DNA of 64,000 nucleotides from positions 647,740 through 711,739 of the forward strand of contig JAMWZD010000002.1 in NCBI GenBank assembly GCA_024304995.1, in the 5' to 3' direction. Within the stretch, counting starts at the first letter, position 1. Each line of letters opens with the position of its first letter. The notes below the pieces were generated by a model. The model ran no database searches and was not told where the DNA came from. It saw only the letters and a list, made by a program, of their open reading frames with translations. The stretch comes from Rickettsiales bacterium (GTDB lineage: Bacteria > Pseudomonadota > Alphaproteobacteria > Rickettsiales > UBA998). The position numbers and the translations under genes are program-made. This document shows, in pieces, positions 46,511 to 55,931 of this stretch.

Positions 46511-47883
46511 CCTTTCTGCAATTCCAGTTGCTGCTCTAATTTTCCTTCATGCTGATGGTCATGAGTTGTGAATGTTGGAGTTTGCTGCGTGTTTCTGTTA
46601 AATATCAGATCAATATTTCTACCTGAAAACGCATTATCCAGCATTGGAATTGCCGTTTCGCTGGGTTGCTGAGCGTTCAGCAGGGTGCATTCATCCTTGC
46701 ATATATGCTCGGCTAATTCTTTTTTGTCGGCATCAGGCAGATTTGCATAATCCATCTGCATATTCAGTAGGGACTGCTGGAATGACACTCCACTATCAAA
46801 TAAAGCAAGGGTCTGAATTAATGCATCAGTGCTATATTGAACGTCAGAGAAAGACTGATTGATCTGCGCTGTTTCCAGAAAGCCTTCTTGTTTATAATAA
46901 TCCAGCTTATCCAGCATATCTCCTACATTGCAGTCTTCTCCTGCAATCTGATGCATGACGTGCTTGCACGGTTCTGGCAATGCCGCAAATGCTTTTTGCG
47001 CCATCTTGCCCAGTGCGATTTTTTCTTCCTCTACGTAACGTGCTGCCGTATCAATAAATTCCTGAGCAGTGATGGAGCCATTGCTAAGAGATGATATAGT
47101 AGCTGGCAGCCATGCATGTTGCACATTGTGGTTGTCACGCAGATCAAGCAGATCACTCGTGACAGACTGTAATGCTGCATTGCCTGAATTTTCTGAAATA
47201 ACCTGCAAGGTATTGAGAGAATCAGAAATCAGTGATTCAGTGCGGTCAAACACACCACGCATGGCGCTATTATTCTGAATCATATATTGCAGCGTAAACA
47301 ACCCGTTGAGCATATCGTCATTTTGCACCAGTCGGGTAGTATTATCTGCAACGGCATTTTGCGCGGAAACATCCAGATGTTCAAATTCTATGATATTGCG
47401 CTGCTGCAGAGCAGTGGAAATATGAGATGCTTCAACAGGTTGTGATAGTTCAGTTGCAGCGATTTCTTCTGCCACTTCGCCTGCCTGCGTTTCTTTTTCA
47501 TCTGTTTCATCCAGCGCTTCATTAATAGCAGCATTGCGCGGAATGCTCATGGCTTTGGTGAGCGCTTTGCCATCTCCAGAAGATAACGCACCGCTAATGC
47601 CTGTTTTCAGTGCAGATAAGGTGGCAACATTTGCCAACATTTCGCCGCGCTGGTCTGCTGGAGCCTGACTGATTTCTTCCAGCAAATCCTGTATCTGCCC
47701 GTCAATCACTGCCAGTGCCTGTTCCGCTTCTGCGCGTTCACCTGCATCAATAAAGGCGGCTTCATCACGCGGTGCTTCCTGCGGCAATTCTGGGGAGGAT
47801 TGTGTCAGCAAGGCTTCTGCCTGCTGCGCTGCTTCAGGGGTCGGTGTAGTCATATTCGTTACTGCGGCAATATGTGACGGCAT
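46507..47883 (-). CDS. Large orphan protein (458 aa), acidic and helical
   Basis: Long ORF. Its stop overlaps the stop of the convergent 68-aa ORF by 4 nt. Confidence 0.55.
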   Translation of the reverse strand: MPSHIAAVTNMTTPTPEAAQQAEALLTQSSPELPQEAPRDEAAFIDAGERAEAEQALAVIDGQIQDLLEEISQAPADQRGEMLANVATLSALKTGISGALSSGDGKALTKAMSIPRNAAINEALDETDEKETQAGEVAEEIAATELSQPVEASHISTALQQRNIIEFEHLDVSAQNAVADNTTRLVQNDDMLNGLFTLQYMIQNNSAMRGVFDRTESLISDSLNTLQVISENSGNAALQSVTSDLLDLRDNHNVQHAWLPATISSLSNGSITAQEFIDTAARYVEEEKIALGKMAQKAFAALPEPCKHVMHQIAGEDCNVGDMLDKLDYYKQEGFLETAQINQSFSDVQYSTDALIQTLALFDSGVSFQQSLLNMQMDYANLPDADKKELAEHICKDECTLLNAQQPSETAIPMLDNAFSGRNIDLIFNRNTQQTPTFTTHDHQHEGKLEQQLELQKG

Positions 47884-47926
47884 ATTAATTATAATACCAG
47901 TTTTTTACGTGTCATGCGTGACGTTT

Positions 47927-48784
47927 TTATGAAGATATGTCTGCGTCTGAATATCCCTGAAAATATAATAAAGTGCGCAAATCCGTATGATTAATAGATG
48001 CATTCGCATGGTGCTGCAAAAATGGTTTGGCGTAATATGCCACTCCAAGCGACGCTGCTTCGATCATATCCTTATCATTTGCACCATCTCCTACAGCCAG
48101 TGTGAGCGAAATATCAGTCTGGCGCACCATGCAGGCTTTATGCAGATAATTCTTCTTGGATTCGCTATGTAAAATAGGTGGGATGACGCGCCCCGTCAGC
48201 ACGCCATCTTCGAAATGCAGTTCATTGGCATGATGTGCATCAAAACCAACAGCCTCTGCCACATGCTCCGTAAAGTAAGTGAAGCCACCAGACACAAGCA
48301 TGGTAAACGCCCCATGATTGCGCATGGTTTGCACCAGTGCCGTTGCCCCTTTGTTCACTTTAATGCGCTCCTGCCAGACCTGTTGCAGCACCTCTTGCTT
48401 AAGCCCTTTGAGCAGTGCCACACGCTCCGTTAAAGACTGGCTGAAGTCCAGCTCTCCTGCCATAGCGCGTTCCGTAATCGCACTGACCTGGTCTTTCACG
48501 CCTACAATATCTGCCAGTTCATCAATACATTCCTGCCCTATTATGGTGGAATCCATATCACTGATAAGAATTTTCTTTTTTCGGTGCGTCTCTGGTTGCA
48601 CGCAATAATCCGCTTTTGCTGCGTCCATAGCGGTAAGATTCCTGATATCACCTGCAACATCATAGGCATGATTATTGCTCAGCGTTGTAATGCGCATTGC
48701 ATCTGGCAATGAAAGCAGCTTGCGCAGCTCGCTTTCAGTGGTGGGGTGTGAAAATACGCAGGTGGTAATATTGGTCATAGTCAT
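47927..48784 (-). CDS. serB: Phosphoserine phosphatase
   Basis: HAD motifs 'ISDMDSTII', 'SGGFTYF' and 'VGDGANDKDM'. An internal ATG at 48784 is preferred. Confidence 0.85.
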   Translation of the reverse strand: MTMTNITTCVFSHPTTESELRKLLSLPDAMRITTLSNNHAYDVAGDIRNLTAMDAAKADYCVQPETHRKKKILISDMDSTIIGQECIDELADIVGVKDQVSAITERAMAGELDFSQSLTERVALLKGLKQEVLQQVWQERIKVNKGATALVQTMRNHGAFTMLVSGGFTYFTEHVAEAVGFDAHHANELHFEDGVLTGRVIPPILHSESKKNYLHKACMVRQTDISLTLAVGDGANDKDMIEAASLGVAYYAKPFLQHHANASINHTDLRTLLYFQGYSDADISS

Positions 48785-48851
48785 TCTTGAGTCTGAGATT
48801 AATCTGATGTATGTGTAATCAGATTTAAGACAACACGCAAGCGAACAGACC

Positions 48852-49376
48852 ATGCTCAGCCCCGAATTTCATATTATACTGCCTATCACACTAACTATTT
48901 TAATGAGCATTGCCCTGCTTTGGGATGCTGCAAGTTTTCGCATTCCCAACTGGGTGAATGGGCTGATATTACTGCTCTATCCTATCAGCTATATATTGTT
49001 TGATACGCAGGCAGACTGGTTGATGGCGCTGGCGGGGTTTGGCGCGGTCTTTGCGATAGGGTACGTCATATTTGTCTTTAACATTATGGGCGGTGGTGAC
49101 GTGAAAATGCTGGCAGTCTGCGGGTTGTGGCTGGAATTCAGCATGGCGCTGGCACATTTTATCATTGGTGTTGCGCTGCTTGGGGGCGTGTTAAGCATCC
49201 TGTTAATTCTGGGTCGCCCATCTGTTGCTTTTGCAGCGTCACGCATGAAAAAACAACCGCAGATTCCAAGAGTGTTAAGCTATGGTGAGCCAATACCTTA
49301 CGGCATTGCAATTGGTCTGACCTTCATTATTATGACATGGAAAGATTTGATTCCTGCGTTGCGCTATGCAGGATAA
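48852..49376 (+). CDS. A24-family prepilin peptidase (CpaA/TadV-like)
   Basis: Polytopic membrane protein with 'GGGDVKMLAVCG'. Confidence 0.75.
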   Translation: MLSPEFHIILPITLTILMSIALLWDAASFRIPNWVNGLILLLYPISYILFDTQADWLMALAGFGAVFAIGYVIFVFNIMGGGDVKMLAVCGLWLEFSMALAHFIIGVALLGGVLSILLILGRPSVAFAASRMKKQPQIPRVLSYGEPIPYGIAIGLTFIIMTWKDLIPALRYAG

Positions 49377-50358
49377 TAAGATCGTTCTTGAGGCAGAGCC
49401 GAGAGACAATAATCAGCGGGTGGACAAGTTCATTTCGCATCATACGGAACTGTCCCGACAGCGTGTGCAGCAGCTTTTAAAGCAGGAAGCTATAATATGT
49501 GATGGCGCGCTGGTGACGCAGCCTTCTGGCAAAGTGAAACAGGGGCAGATATATCATATAAGAATACCTGAAGTGCAGCAGGTAGATATTCTGCCAGAAC
49601 AAATTCCGCTGGATATTCTGTTTGAAGATGAAGATGTGCTGGTGATCAACAAACCAGCAGGCATGGTGGTGCATCCTGCAGCAGGGCATAGCTCAGGGAC
49701 ATTGGTGAATGCGCTTATGTATCATTGCAAAGACAGCCTTTCAGGCATTGGCGGGGAAGCACGCCCTGGTATTGTGCATCGACTGGACAAGGACACAAGC
49801 GGGCTGATGATGGTGGCAAAGAATGATCATGCGCATCAGCATTTATCTGCGCAGTTGAAAGACCGAAGCCTCTCTCGCACCTATCATGCGTTTATCTGGG
49901 GTGCGGTGCAGCCTATGGAAGGCACGATTAATGCCCCGCTTGCCAGAAACCCGCGTGACCGCAAGAAAATGGCAGTGGTGGAGGGGGGCAGGGAGGCGAT
50001 CACCCATTACAGCACATTAAAGCATTTTGTGCATGGGGCAGTGTTTGCTTCACATATAGAATGCAGATTGCAAACAGGACGTACTCATCAGATACGGGTG
50101 CATATGGCGCATAAAAACGCAGCTTTAATCGGGGACGCTGATTATGGCTATAACGCCAGAAAAAAAGTGAATATGTATAAGCTGCCTGCTTCAGACGCAC
50201 TGAACATAATCACAGAATTTCCGAGGCAAGCGTTGCACGCACGCCATATTAAATTTATTCACCCTTCCAGCAATGAACCTATGGATTTTTTATCCGATAT
50301 TCCAAATGATATGAAAACATTAAGTGCAGCATTGCACAACATCGCTGAATCTATGTGA
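49366..50358 (+). CDS. rluD: 23S rRNA pseudouridine synthase RluD family
   Basis: S4 domain followed by 'KPAGMVVHP' and 'HRLDKDTSGLMMVAKN'. Confidence 0.9.
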   Translation: MQDNKIVLEAEPRDNNQRVDKFISHHTELSRQRVQQLLKQEAIICDGALVTQPSGKVKQGQIYHIRIPEVQQVDILPEQIPLDILFEDEDVLVINKPAGMVVHPAAGHSSGTLVNALMYHCKDSLSGIGGEARPGIVHRLDKDTSGLMMVAKNDHAHQHLSAQLKDRSLSRTYHAFIWGAVQPMEGTINAPLARNPRDRKKMAVVEGGREAITHYSTLKHFVHGAVFASHIECRLQTGRTHQIRVHMAHKNAALIGDADYGYNARKKVNMYKLPASDALNIITEFPRQALHARHIKFIHPSSNEPMDFLSDIPNDMKTLSAALHNIAESM

Positions 50359-50439
50359 ACTAATGTAAATGAAGGATGAGTAACTTGCGTTAAAAGCAAA
50401 TTTACGCTACATTCGCACAGAACAATGAGGAATGAATAT

Positions 50440-51318
50440 ATGACAGAACGTTTTTCTCTTCCCGCTTTATCTGCCGAATCTGGAATGCAGAAATATATGG
50501 CAGAAATCAAGAAGTTTCCTATTTTAGAAGCGGAAGAAGAATATATGCTGGCCAAAAGCTGGGCAGAACATGGGGATTATGACGCAGCACACAAGCTGGT
50601 TTGCTCTCATCTGCGTCTTGTTGTGAAAATTGCGAATGGATATAAAGGTTATGGGTTGCCACACACGGAATTAGTGTCTGAAGGCAATATTGGGCTGATG
50701 CAGGCAGTCAAAAAATTTGATCCTGAACGTGGTTTCAGATTATCAACATATGCTATTTGGTGGATTAAAGCATCCATTCAGGAATTTGTGTTGCGCTCAT
50801 GGTCTATGGTGAAAATGGGTACGAGTGCATCCCAGAAAAAATTATTTTTTAACCTGCGCAAAATGAAAAAGCAGATTAATGCCATTGAAAATAATCTGAC
50901 ACCTGAGCAAGTGACGCAGATTGCAGAAGAACTTGAAGTTTCTGAAAAAGATGTTCTGGCAATGAACACGCGCATGACTGCGAATGACCAGTTCTTAAAC
51001 ACTAAAGTGGGTGATGAAGACAAAAACGAATTGATTGATCTGCTGGAATCTGGTGAGCCAAATCAGGAAGATATGCTCGCAGAATCTCAGGAATTAAATT
51101 ATAAACGCGAGATTTTTTCGGAAGCGATGGATGAGCTGAATGATCGTGAACAACATATTATTCGTGAACGGCGTTTGTCAGAAAAGCCTTCAACATTGGA
51201 AGATTTGAGCAAGATTTATAATATTTCTCGTGAACGTGTGCGTCAGATTGAAGCACGTGCTATGGAAAAACTGACTGAAACAGTATCAAGCCGTAAATTA
51301 TTAACCTATCAAGGCTGA
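50440..51318 (+). CDS. rpoH: RNA polymerase sigma-32 heat-shock factor
   Basis: 'YMAEIKKFPILEAEEEYMLA', the RpoB-box-like 'QKKLFFNLRK', and region 4 'ISRERVRQIEARAMEKL'. GAGGAA lies 7 nt before the ATG at 50440. Confidence 0.9.
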   Translation: MTERFSLPALSAESGMQKYMAEIKKFPILEAEEEYMLAKSWAEHGDYDAAHKLVCSHLRLVVKIANGYKGYGLPHTELVSEGNIGLMQAVKKFDPERGFRLSTYAIWWIKASIQEFVLRSWSMVKMGTSASQKKLFFNLRKMKKQINAIENNLTPEQVTQIAEELEVSEKDVLAMNTRMTANDQFLNTKVGDEDKNELIDLLESGEPNQEDMLAESQELNYKREIFSEAMDELNDREQHIIRERRLSEKPSTLEDLSKIYNISRERVRQIEARAMEKLTETVSSRKLLTYQG

Positions 51319-51362
51319 TTTTCGTTATTGAAACATTAATTAGGTTTTGTTAATCTGATTTA

Positions 51363-52124
51363 ATGAAACTCTATATCATGCGTCATGGTGAATCAATGGC
51401 CACACTCGACCCTACATTATATGGTCGCGCTGACCCTGTTAATGTGCCTGTGTCCGAATGGGGGCATGAACAGGCGCTGGAATCTGGTCAGGCATTGAAA
51501 GGGCATTTTGATGCTATTGGTCTGGAAGATGTGAAACCCACTATATATTTCAGCACCCATCACCGTATCGCACAGACAAAAGACGCATTAATTGAAGGGC
51601 TTGGAGCTGATGTGGAAGTGACGGCTATAGCAGAGCCATTATTGGTGGAGCGTCATCATGGCGAATTTGATGGGCTGAATTCGCAGGCACAGGAAGCCTA
51701 TAACAAAGAAATTTTCGATAAACTGCATTATGGGTCTTCTGAGGAGCGCTATACCACCAAAATGCCTGGCGGAGAATCACTGCAGGATGTGGCTGATCGG
51801 CTGGACGCATTTCTGGATAAGGTGCGCGATACGCATCAGCCAGATGATGTAGTGATTATAGTCACGCATGGCGGCAACTGCACCTCTTTAGAGCAGAAAA
51901 TCAATCATGCTAAAGCCAGCTGGATCGAACCAAAATTCGATGTTCCTAAAACAGGAGATATTATTGAAGCAGATACAGATTTGCTGAAGCCAGCCCCTTC
52001 AGAAACGATAATAGATGGGAAGCAACGTCCAAAGCATCTACCAAAAAATTATAAGTCACAACCGCATGGTCAGTGGGACGAAGCACATTTACTGAAGGAT
52101 GAGTTTCAGTCAGTCCAGCGATAA
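51363..52124 (+). CDS. Histidine phosphatase family protein (phosphoglycerate-mutase-like)
   Basis: The 'LYIMRHGES' RHG motif and a downstream 'VTHGG'. Confidence 0.75.
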   Translation: MKLYIMRHGESMATLDPTLYGRADPVNVPVSEWGHEQALESGQALKGHFDAIGLEDVKPTIYFSTHHRIAQTKDALIEGLGADVEVTAIAEPLLVERHHGEFDGLNSQAQEAYNKEIFDKLHYGSSEERYTTKMPGGESLQDVADRLDAFLDKVRDTHQPDDVVIIVTHGGNCTSLEQKINHAKASWIEPKFDVPKTGDIIEADTDLLKPAPSETIIDGKQRPKHLPKNYKSQPHGQWDEAHLLKDEFQSVQR

Positions 52125-53024
52125 TGGTTGCGGAGCAGGGAAGTCTGTTTCCACACCAAAGTAAAACCATTCTGAGCCAATCGCATAATCCGTCTGGGTC
52201 TTGGGCAGTACAATGACACCATCTTCCACGGCAACAATCACGCTGCCATTGTCATATTGCGCAATCACTTCACCTTGCTGCACTCTATCCATATGTTTAT
52301 AGGGTTTTGAAAGCACGCCATCATATTGTTTATAATGCACGGAGCGCATTTTGATGGCATGTTGCGCCTGCAGATTCACCGTCTCAAAAACAGGCTGAAT
52401 CAGATTGGCAAATGCCATGCTGCGCAATATGGCTTCTTCACCAATGGCTGCATTGTCCTTATTATGGTGATGTCCACATTCAATAGTCACCGCAATGCCA
52501 GCTTTCTTTTTTGCTCTCGTATAGTCCGTCGTGCCGATGCTGGCGCGTTTTTGTTCTTCGGAGGCATGTTCATCTCCAAATGCTTCTGCCCAGCCATAAA
52601 TATGATGAGACACACCCAGCGCCCTCGCAAAATCAATCTCGCGCTGGCTGCTCGTGCCAATAAATGCAAAAGCACCTCCCTGAGACTGATAAGAATGAAT
52701 ATCCAGCAGAATATCGGCATCTTCAAGGAAGTTGCATAAAATAGGATCGAGCGAATCCTCATAATATTGGTGTTGTTCTTTGGGGTAAAAATGGCGGTTT
52801 AAATTGCGTTCTACAAAACGTGTTTTTTGTGCATATGCCCATGGGTTGCAAATGGGAACAAATGTTACTTTGCCTTGTTTCAGCGTCACCTCGCCAGATC
52901 GCATTTTGTCAATCACACTATAAATAGCCTGCGGGCCGCAATATTCATTGCCGTGAATGGCACCAAACACCACTAAATGCTCGCCAGAGATTGTTGATTG
53001 AAAGGTTACAGATTCTATTGTCAT
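52110..53024 (-). CDS. Succinylglutamate desuccinylase/aspartoacylase-family zinc hydrolase
   Basis: 'VFGAIHGNEYCG' and 'LLDIHS' metal-binding signatures. Confidence 0.7.
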   Translation of the reverse strand: MTIESVTFQSTISGEHLVVFGAIHGNEYCGPQAIYSVIDKMRSGEVTLKQGKVTFVPICNPWAYAQKTRFVERNLNRHFYPKEQHQYYEDSLDPILCNFLEDADILLDIHSYQSQGGAFAFIGTSSQREIDFARALGVSHHIYGWAEAFGDEHASEEQKRASIGTTDYTRAKKKAGIAVTIECGHHHNKDNAAIGEEAILRSMAFANLIQPVFETVNLQAQHAIKMRSVHYKQYDGVLSKPYKHMDRVQQGEVIAQYDNGSVIVAVEDGVIVLPKTQTDYAIGSEWFYFGVETDFPAPQPLSLD

Positions 53025-53077
53025 ATTGCCGTGTTTTTGCTTGATTTATGGTGTGGAGTTGCTATGTTCCTTCCTCT

Positions 53078-53152
53078 GGCCGGATAGCAAAGTGGTAATG
53101 CCGGGGACTGCAAATCCTCTATTCGGCGGTTCGATTCCGCCTCCGGCCTCCA
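53078..53152 (+). tRNA. tRNA-Cys (anticodon GCA)
   Basis: GGCCGGATAGCAAAGTGGTAATGCCGGGGACTGCAAATCCTCTATTCGGCGGTTCGATTCCGCCTCCGGCCTCCA. The acceptor stem (GGCCGGA/TCCGGCC) and T stem (GGCGG/CCGCC) pair perfectly, and the anticodon loop is CTGCAAA. Confidence 0.9.
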
Positions 53153-53157
53153 GAATT

Positions 53158-55851
53158 TCACTCTTCCCTGTTCATTAACAATGCTGCCTGTGCGGCGGCA
53201 AGACGTGCAATAGGCACGCGATATGGTGAGCAGGACACATAATCCAGCCCTGTTTTCTGGCAAAAACGAATGGATGCAGGGTCACCACCATGTTCACCAC
53301 ATATGCCCAGTTTAATATCTGCCTGTGTTTCCTTTGCGCGCTCTACCGCTATTTCAATCAACTGACCGACACCATTAATATCAAGTGATGCAAAAGGGTC
53401 TGCTTCCAGCAATCCTGCTTTTTTATAATGTCCAATGAAACTGCCCGCATCATCACGCGACATGCCAAAAGTGGTTTGCGTTAGGTCATTTGTGCCAAAG
53501 CTGCAGAATTCCGCCAGTTCTGCAATTTCTCCAGCGCGAAGGCACGCGCGCGGCAGTTCAATCATCGTGCCGACATGATATTGCAGCATGGCATTATGTT
53601 GTGAAAAGACCTGCGCCGCCACATCATCAATAATCTTTTTAATAAATTCGAATTCCGCTTTGCTCACCACTAAAGGCACCATAATTTCAGGTGTAATGGT
53701 GTCACCATCCTCCTTCATCACCAGTAATGCTGCTTCTAAAATAGCGCGGGTCTGCATCGCATATATTTCAGGATAGGTCACCGCCAGGCGACATCCGCGA
53801 TGCCCCAGCATAGGGTTAGTTTCCTGCAACGCTTTGGCACGCTCACGTATGCGCGTAATGGAAATGCCTGCAATATCTGCCACTTCCTGCATTTCCTCAT
53901 CAGTATGTGGCAAAAATTCATGCAATGGCGGGTCAAGCAGGCGAATGGTCACGGGCAGTCCGCGCATGGCTTTGAACAATGCCACAAAATCTGCGCGTTG
54001 GATGGGCAGCAAAGCCTGCAGCGCATGTTCGCGCTGTTCCAGTGTTTCTGCCAGAATCATTTCACGCATAGGAATAATACGCTCACCTTCAAAAAACATA
54101 TGTTCGGTGCGGCACAGCCCAATGCCCTCCGCGCCAAAATGGCGGGCGGTGGTGGCATCATGTCCATTATCTGCATTAGTGCGGATGCGCATGGTGCGCG
54201 TCTCATCTGCCCATTGCATCAACTGGTTGAAATCACCTGATAAATCTGGCTGCTTTGTTTTTACCTCACCTAAAATCACTTCGCCAGTGCCGCCATCGAT
54301 CGTCACCAGATCATATTCTTTCAAAGTGTAAGTGCCAATGCGGACTGTTTTGTTTTTATAATCTATCTGCAATGCACTTGCACCGCAAATGCAGGGTTTT
54401 CCCATGCCGCGAGCCACCACAGCGGCGTGGGAAGTCATACCGCCACGCGCGGTGATTATGGCCTGCGCAGAATGCATTCCCTGAATATCTTCAGGGCTGG
54501 TCTCTACCCGCAGCAAGATGACCTTTTCTTCCTGCTTTGCAAGCCGCTCTGCATCATCTGAAGAAAACACAATTTTGCCAGATGCTGCACCAGGGGAGGC
54601 GGGCAGCCCGCGCGTCAGCACGGTTTTCGTTGCATCACTATCCAGCGTGGGGTGAAGTAGCTGATCCAGCATAAGCGCATCCACCCGCAGCAATGCTTCT
54701 TCTTTGCTGATGATACCTTCATTCGCCATATCCACCGCAATTTTTACTGCGGCCTGCGCCGTGCGTTTGCCTGTGCGCGTTTGTAGCAACCAGAGTTTAT
54801 TATTCTGCACGGTAAATTCAATATCCTGTACATCACGATAATGCATTTCCAGCTTGTCGAATGTGCCCGTCAACTGGGCATAAACTTCAGGCATGGCTTC
54901 CTGCATGGAAGGCAATTCATTATCCGCTTTTTTAGTGAGCGGTTGAGGAGTGCGAATGCCTGCCACCACATCTTCGCCCTGTGCATTAATTAAAAACTCA
55001 CCGTAATATTCTTTTTCCCCTGTGGAAGGATTGCGTGTGAATGCCACGCCTGTAGCGCAGTCATCCCCCATATTGCCGAACACCATTGCCTGCACATTCA
55101 CTGCCGTTCCCCAACTTTCGGGGATGTTGTTCAACTCGCGGTAAGTGATGGCACGTTTATTCATCCATGATGAAAACACTGCCTCAATCGCGCCCCAAAG
55201 CTGTGCATGGCAGTCCTGCGGGAAGGGTTTTTGCAGCACTTCTTCCACTTTTTCTTTGTATAAATCCACCAGTTCACGAAGTGCATCAGCGTCCAGATCC
55301 GTATCTGTTATCGCGCCGCGTTCCAGCTTCATATTTTCCAGAAGATCTTCAAAATAATAATGATCCACGCCCAGCACCACATCACTATACATCTGAATGA
55401 AACGACGGTAGCTATCATAGGCAAAGCGCGCATTATTACTTTTCGCTGCCAGCCCTTCCACGGTTGCATCATTGAGACCCAGATTCAACACTGTGTCCAT
55501 CATGCCAGGCATGGACGCACGTGCGCCTGAGCGCACGGACACCAGCATTGGGTTTTCCACGCTTCCAAAGGTGGCACCGACCTGACGTTCCATAATGGCA
55601 ATACCTTCGCTGACATGCTGGCGGACGGATTCGGGCAATGCGTTGCCAAGTTTGAAATATTCAAGGCAGACTTCGGTGGCGATAGTGAAACCAGGTGGAA
55701 CGGGAAGCCCTAATGAACTCATCTCAGCAAGGTTTGCGCCTTTGCCACCCAACGTGTTTTTCATGGAAGCGTCACCATCTGCTGTGCCATCCCCAAAATA
55801 ATACACATGTTTGATTGCTGTTTCAGGGGTGGTTTTGTGCAAAGCGGTCAT
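53158..55851 (-). CDS. ppdK: Pyruvate, phosphate dikinase
   Basis: 897 aa. Phosphohistidine region 'GGMTSHAAVVARGMG' and a PEP-utilising C-terminal 'GICGEHGGDP'. Confidence 0.95.
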   Translation of the reverse strand: MTALHKTTPETAIKHVYYFGDGTADGDASMKNTLGGKGANLAEMSSLGLPVPPGFTIATEVCLEYFKLGNALPESVRQHVSEGIAIMERQVGATFGSVENPMLVSVRSGARASMPGMMDTVLNLGLNDATVEGLAAKSNNARFAYDSYRRFIQMYSDVVLGVDHYYFEDLLENMKLERGAITDTDLDADALRELVDLYKEKVEEVLQKPFPQDCHAQLWGAIEAVFSSWMNKRAITYRELNNIPESWGTAVNVQAMVFGNMGDDCATGVAFTRNPSTGEKEYYGEFLINAQGEDVVAGIRTPQPLTKKADNELPSMQEAMPEVYAQLTGTFDKLEMHYRDVQDIEFTVQNNKLWLLQTRTGKRTAQAAVKIAVDMANEGIISKEEALLRVDALMLDQLLHPTLDSDATKTVLTRGLPASPGAASGKIVFSSDDAERLAKQEEKVILLRVETSPEDIQGMHSAQAIITARGGMTSHAAVVARGMGKPCICGASALQIDYKNKTVRIGTYTLKEYDLVTIDGGTGEVILGEVKTKQPDLSGDFNQLMQWADETRTMRIRTNADNGHDATTARHFGAEGIGLCRTEHMFFEGERIIPMREMILAETLEQREHALQALLPIQRADFVALFKAMRGLPVTIRLLDPPLHEFLPHTDEEMQEVADIAGISITRIRERAKALQETNPMLGHRGCRLAVTYPEIYAMQTRAILEAALLVMKEDGDTITPEIMVPLVVSKAEFEFIKKIIDDVAAQVFSQHNAMLQYHVGTMIELPRACLRAGEIAELAEFCSFGTNDLTQTTFGMSRDDAGSFIGHYKKAGLLEADPFASLDINGVGQLIEIAVERAKETQADIKLGICGEHGGDPASIRFCQKTGLDYVSCSPYRVPIARLAAAQAALLMNREE

Positions 55852-55931
55852 AACGCGTCTTCCTCAGAGGTTAGATTTGCCTTTAATATAGGTCAGAATC
55901 ACTGCGTTCTCCAGCATTATTTGCGAGTGAC

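Noticed and set aside
55880-55905. Possible remnant of the palindromic element ('gtcagaatcactgcgttc') between ppdK and glyS
   Set aside because: It shares only a short partial similarity with one arm, and no second arm or core is present.
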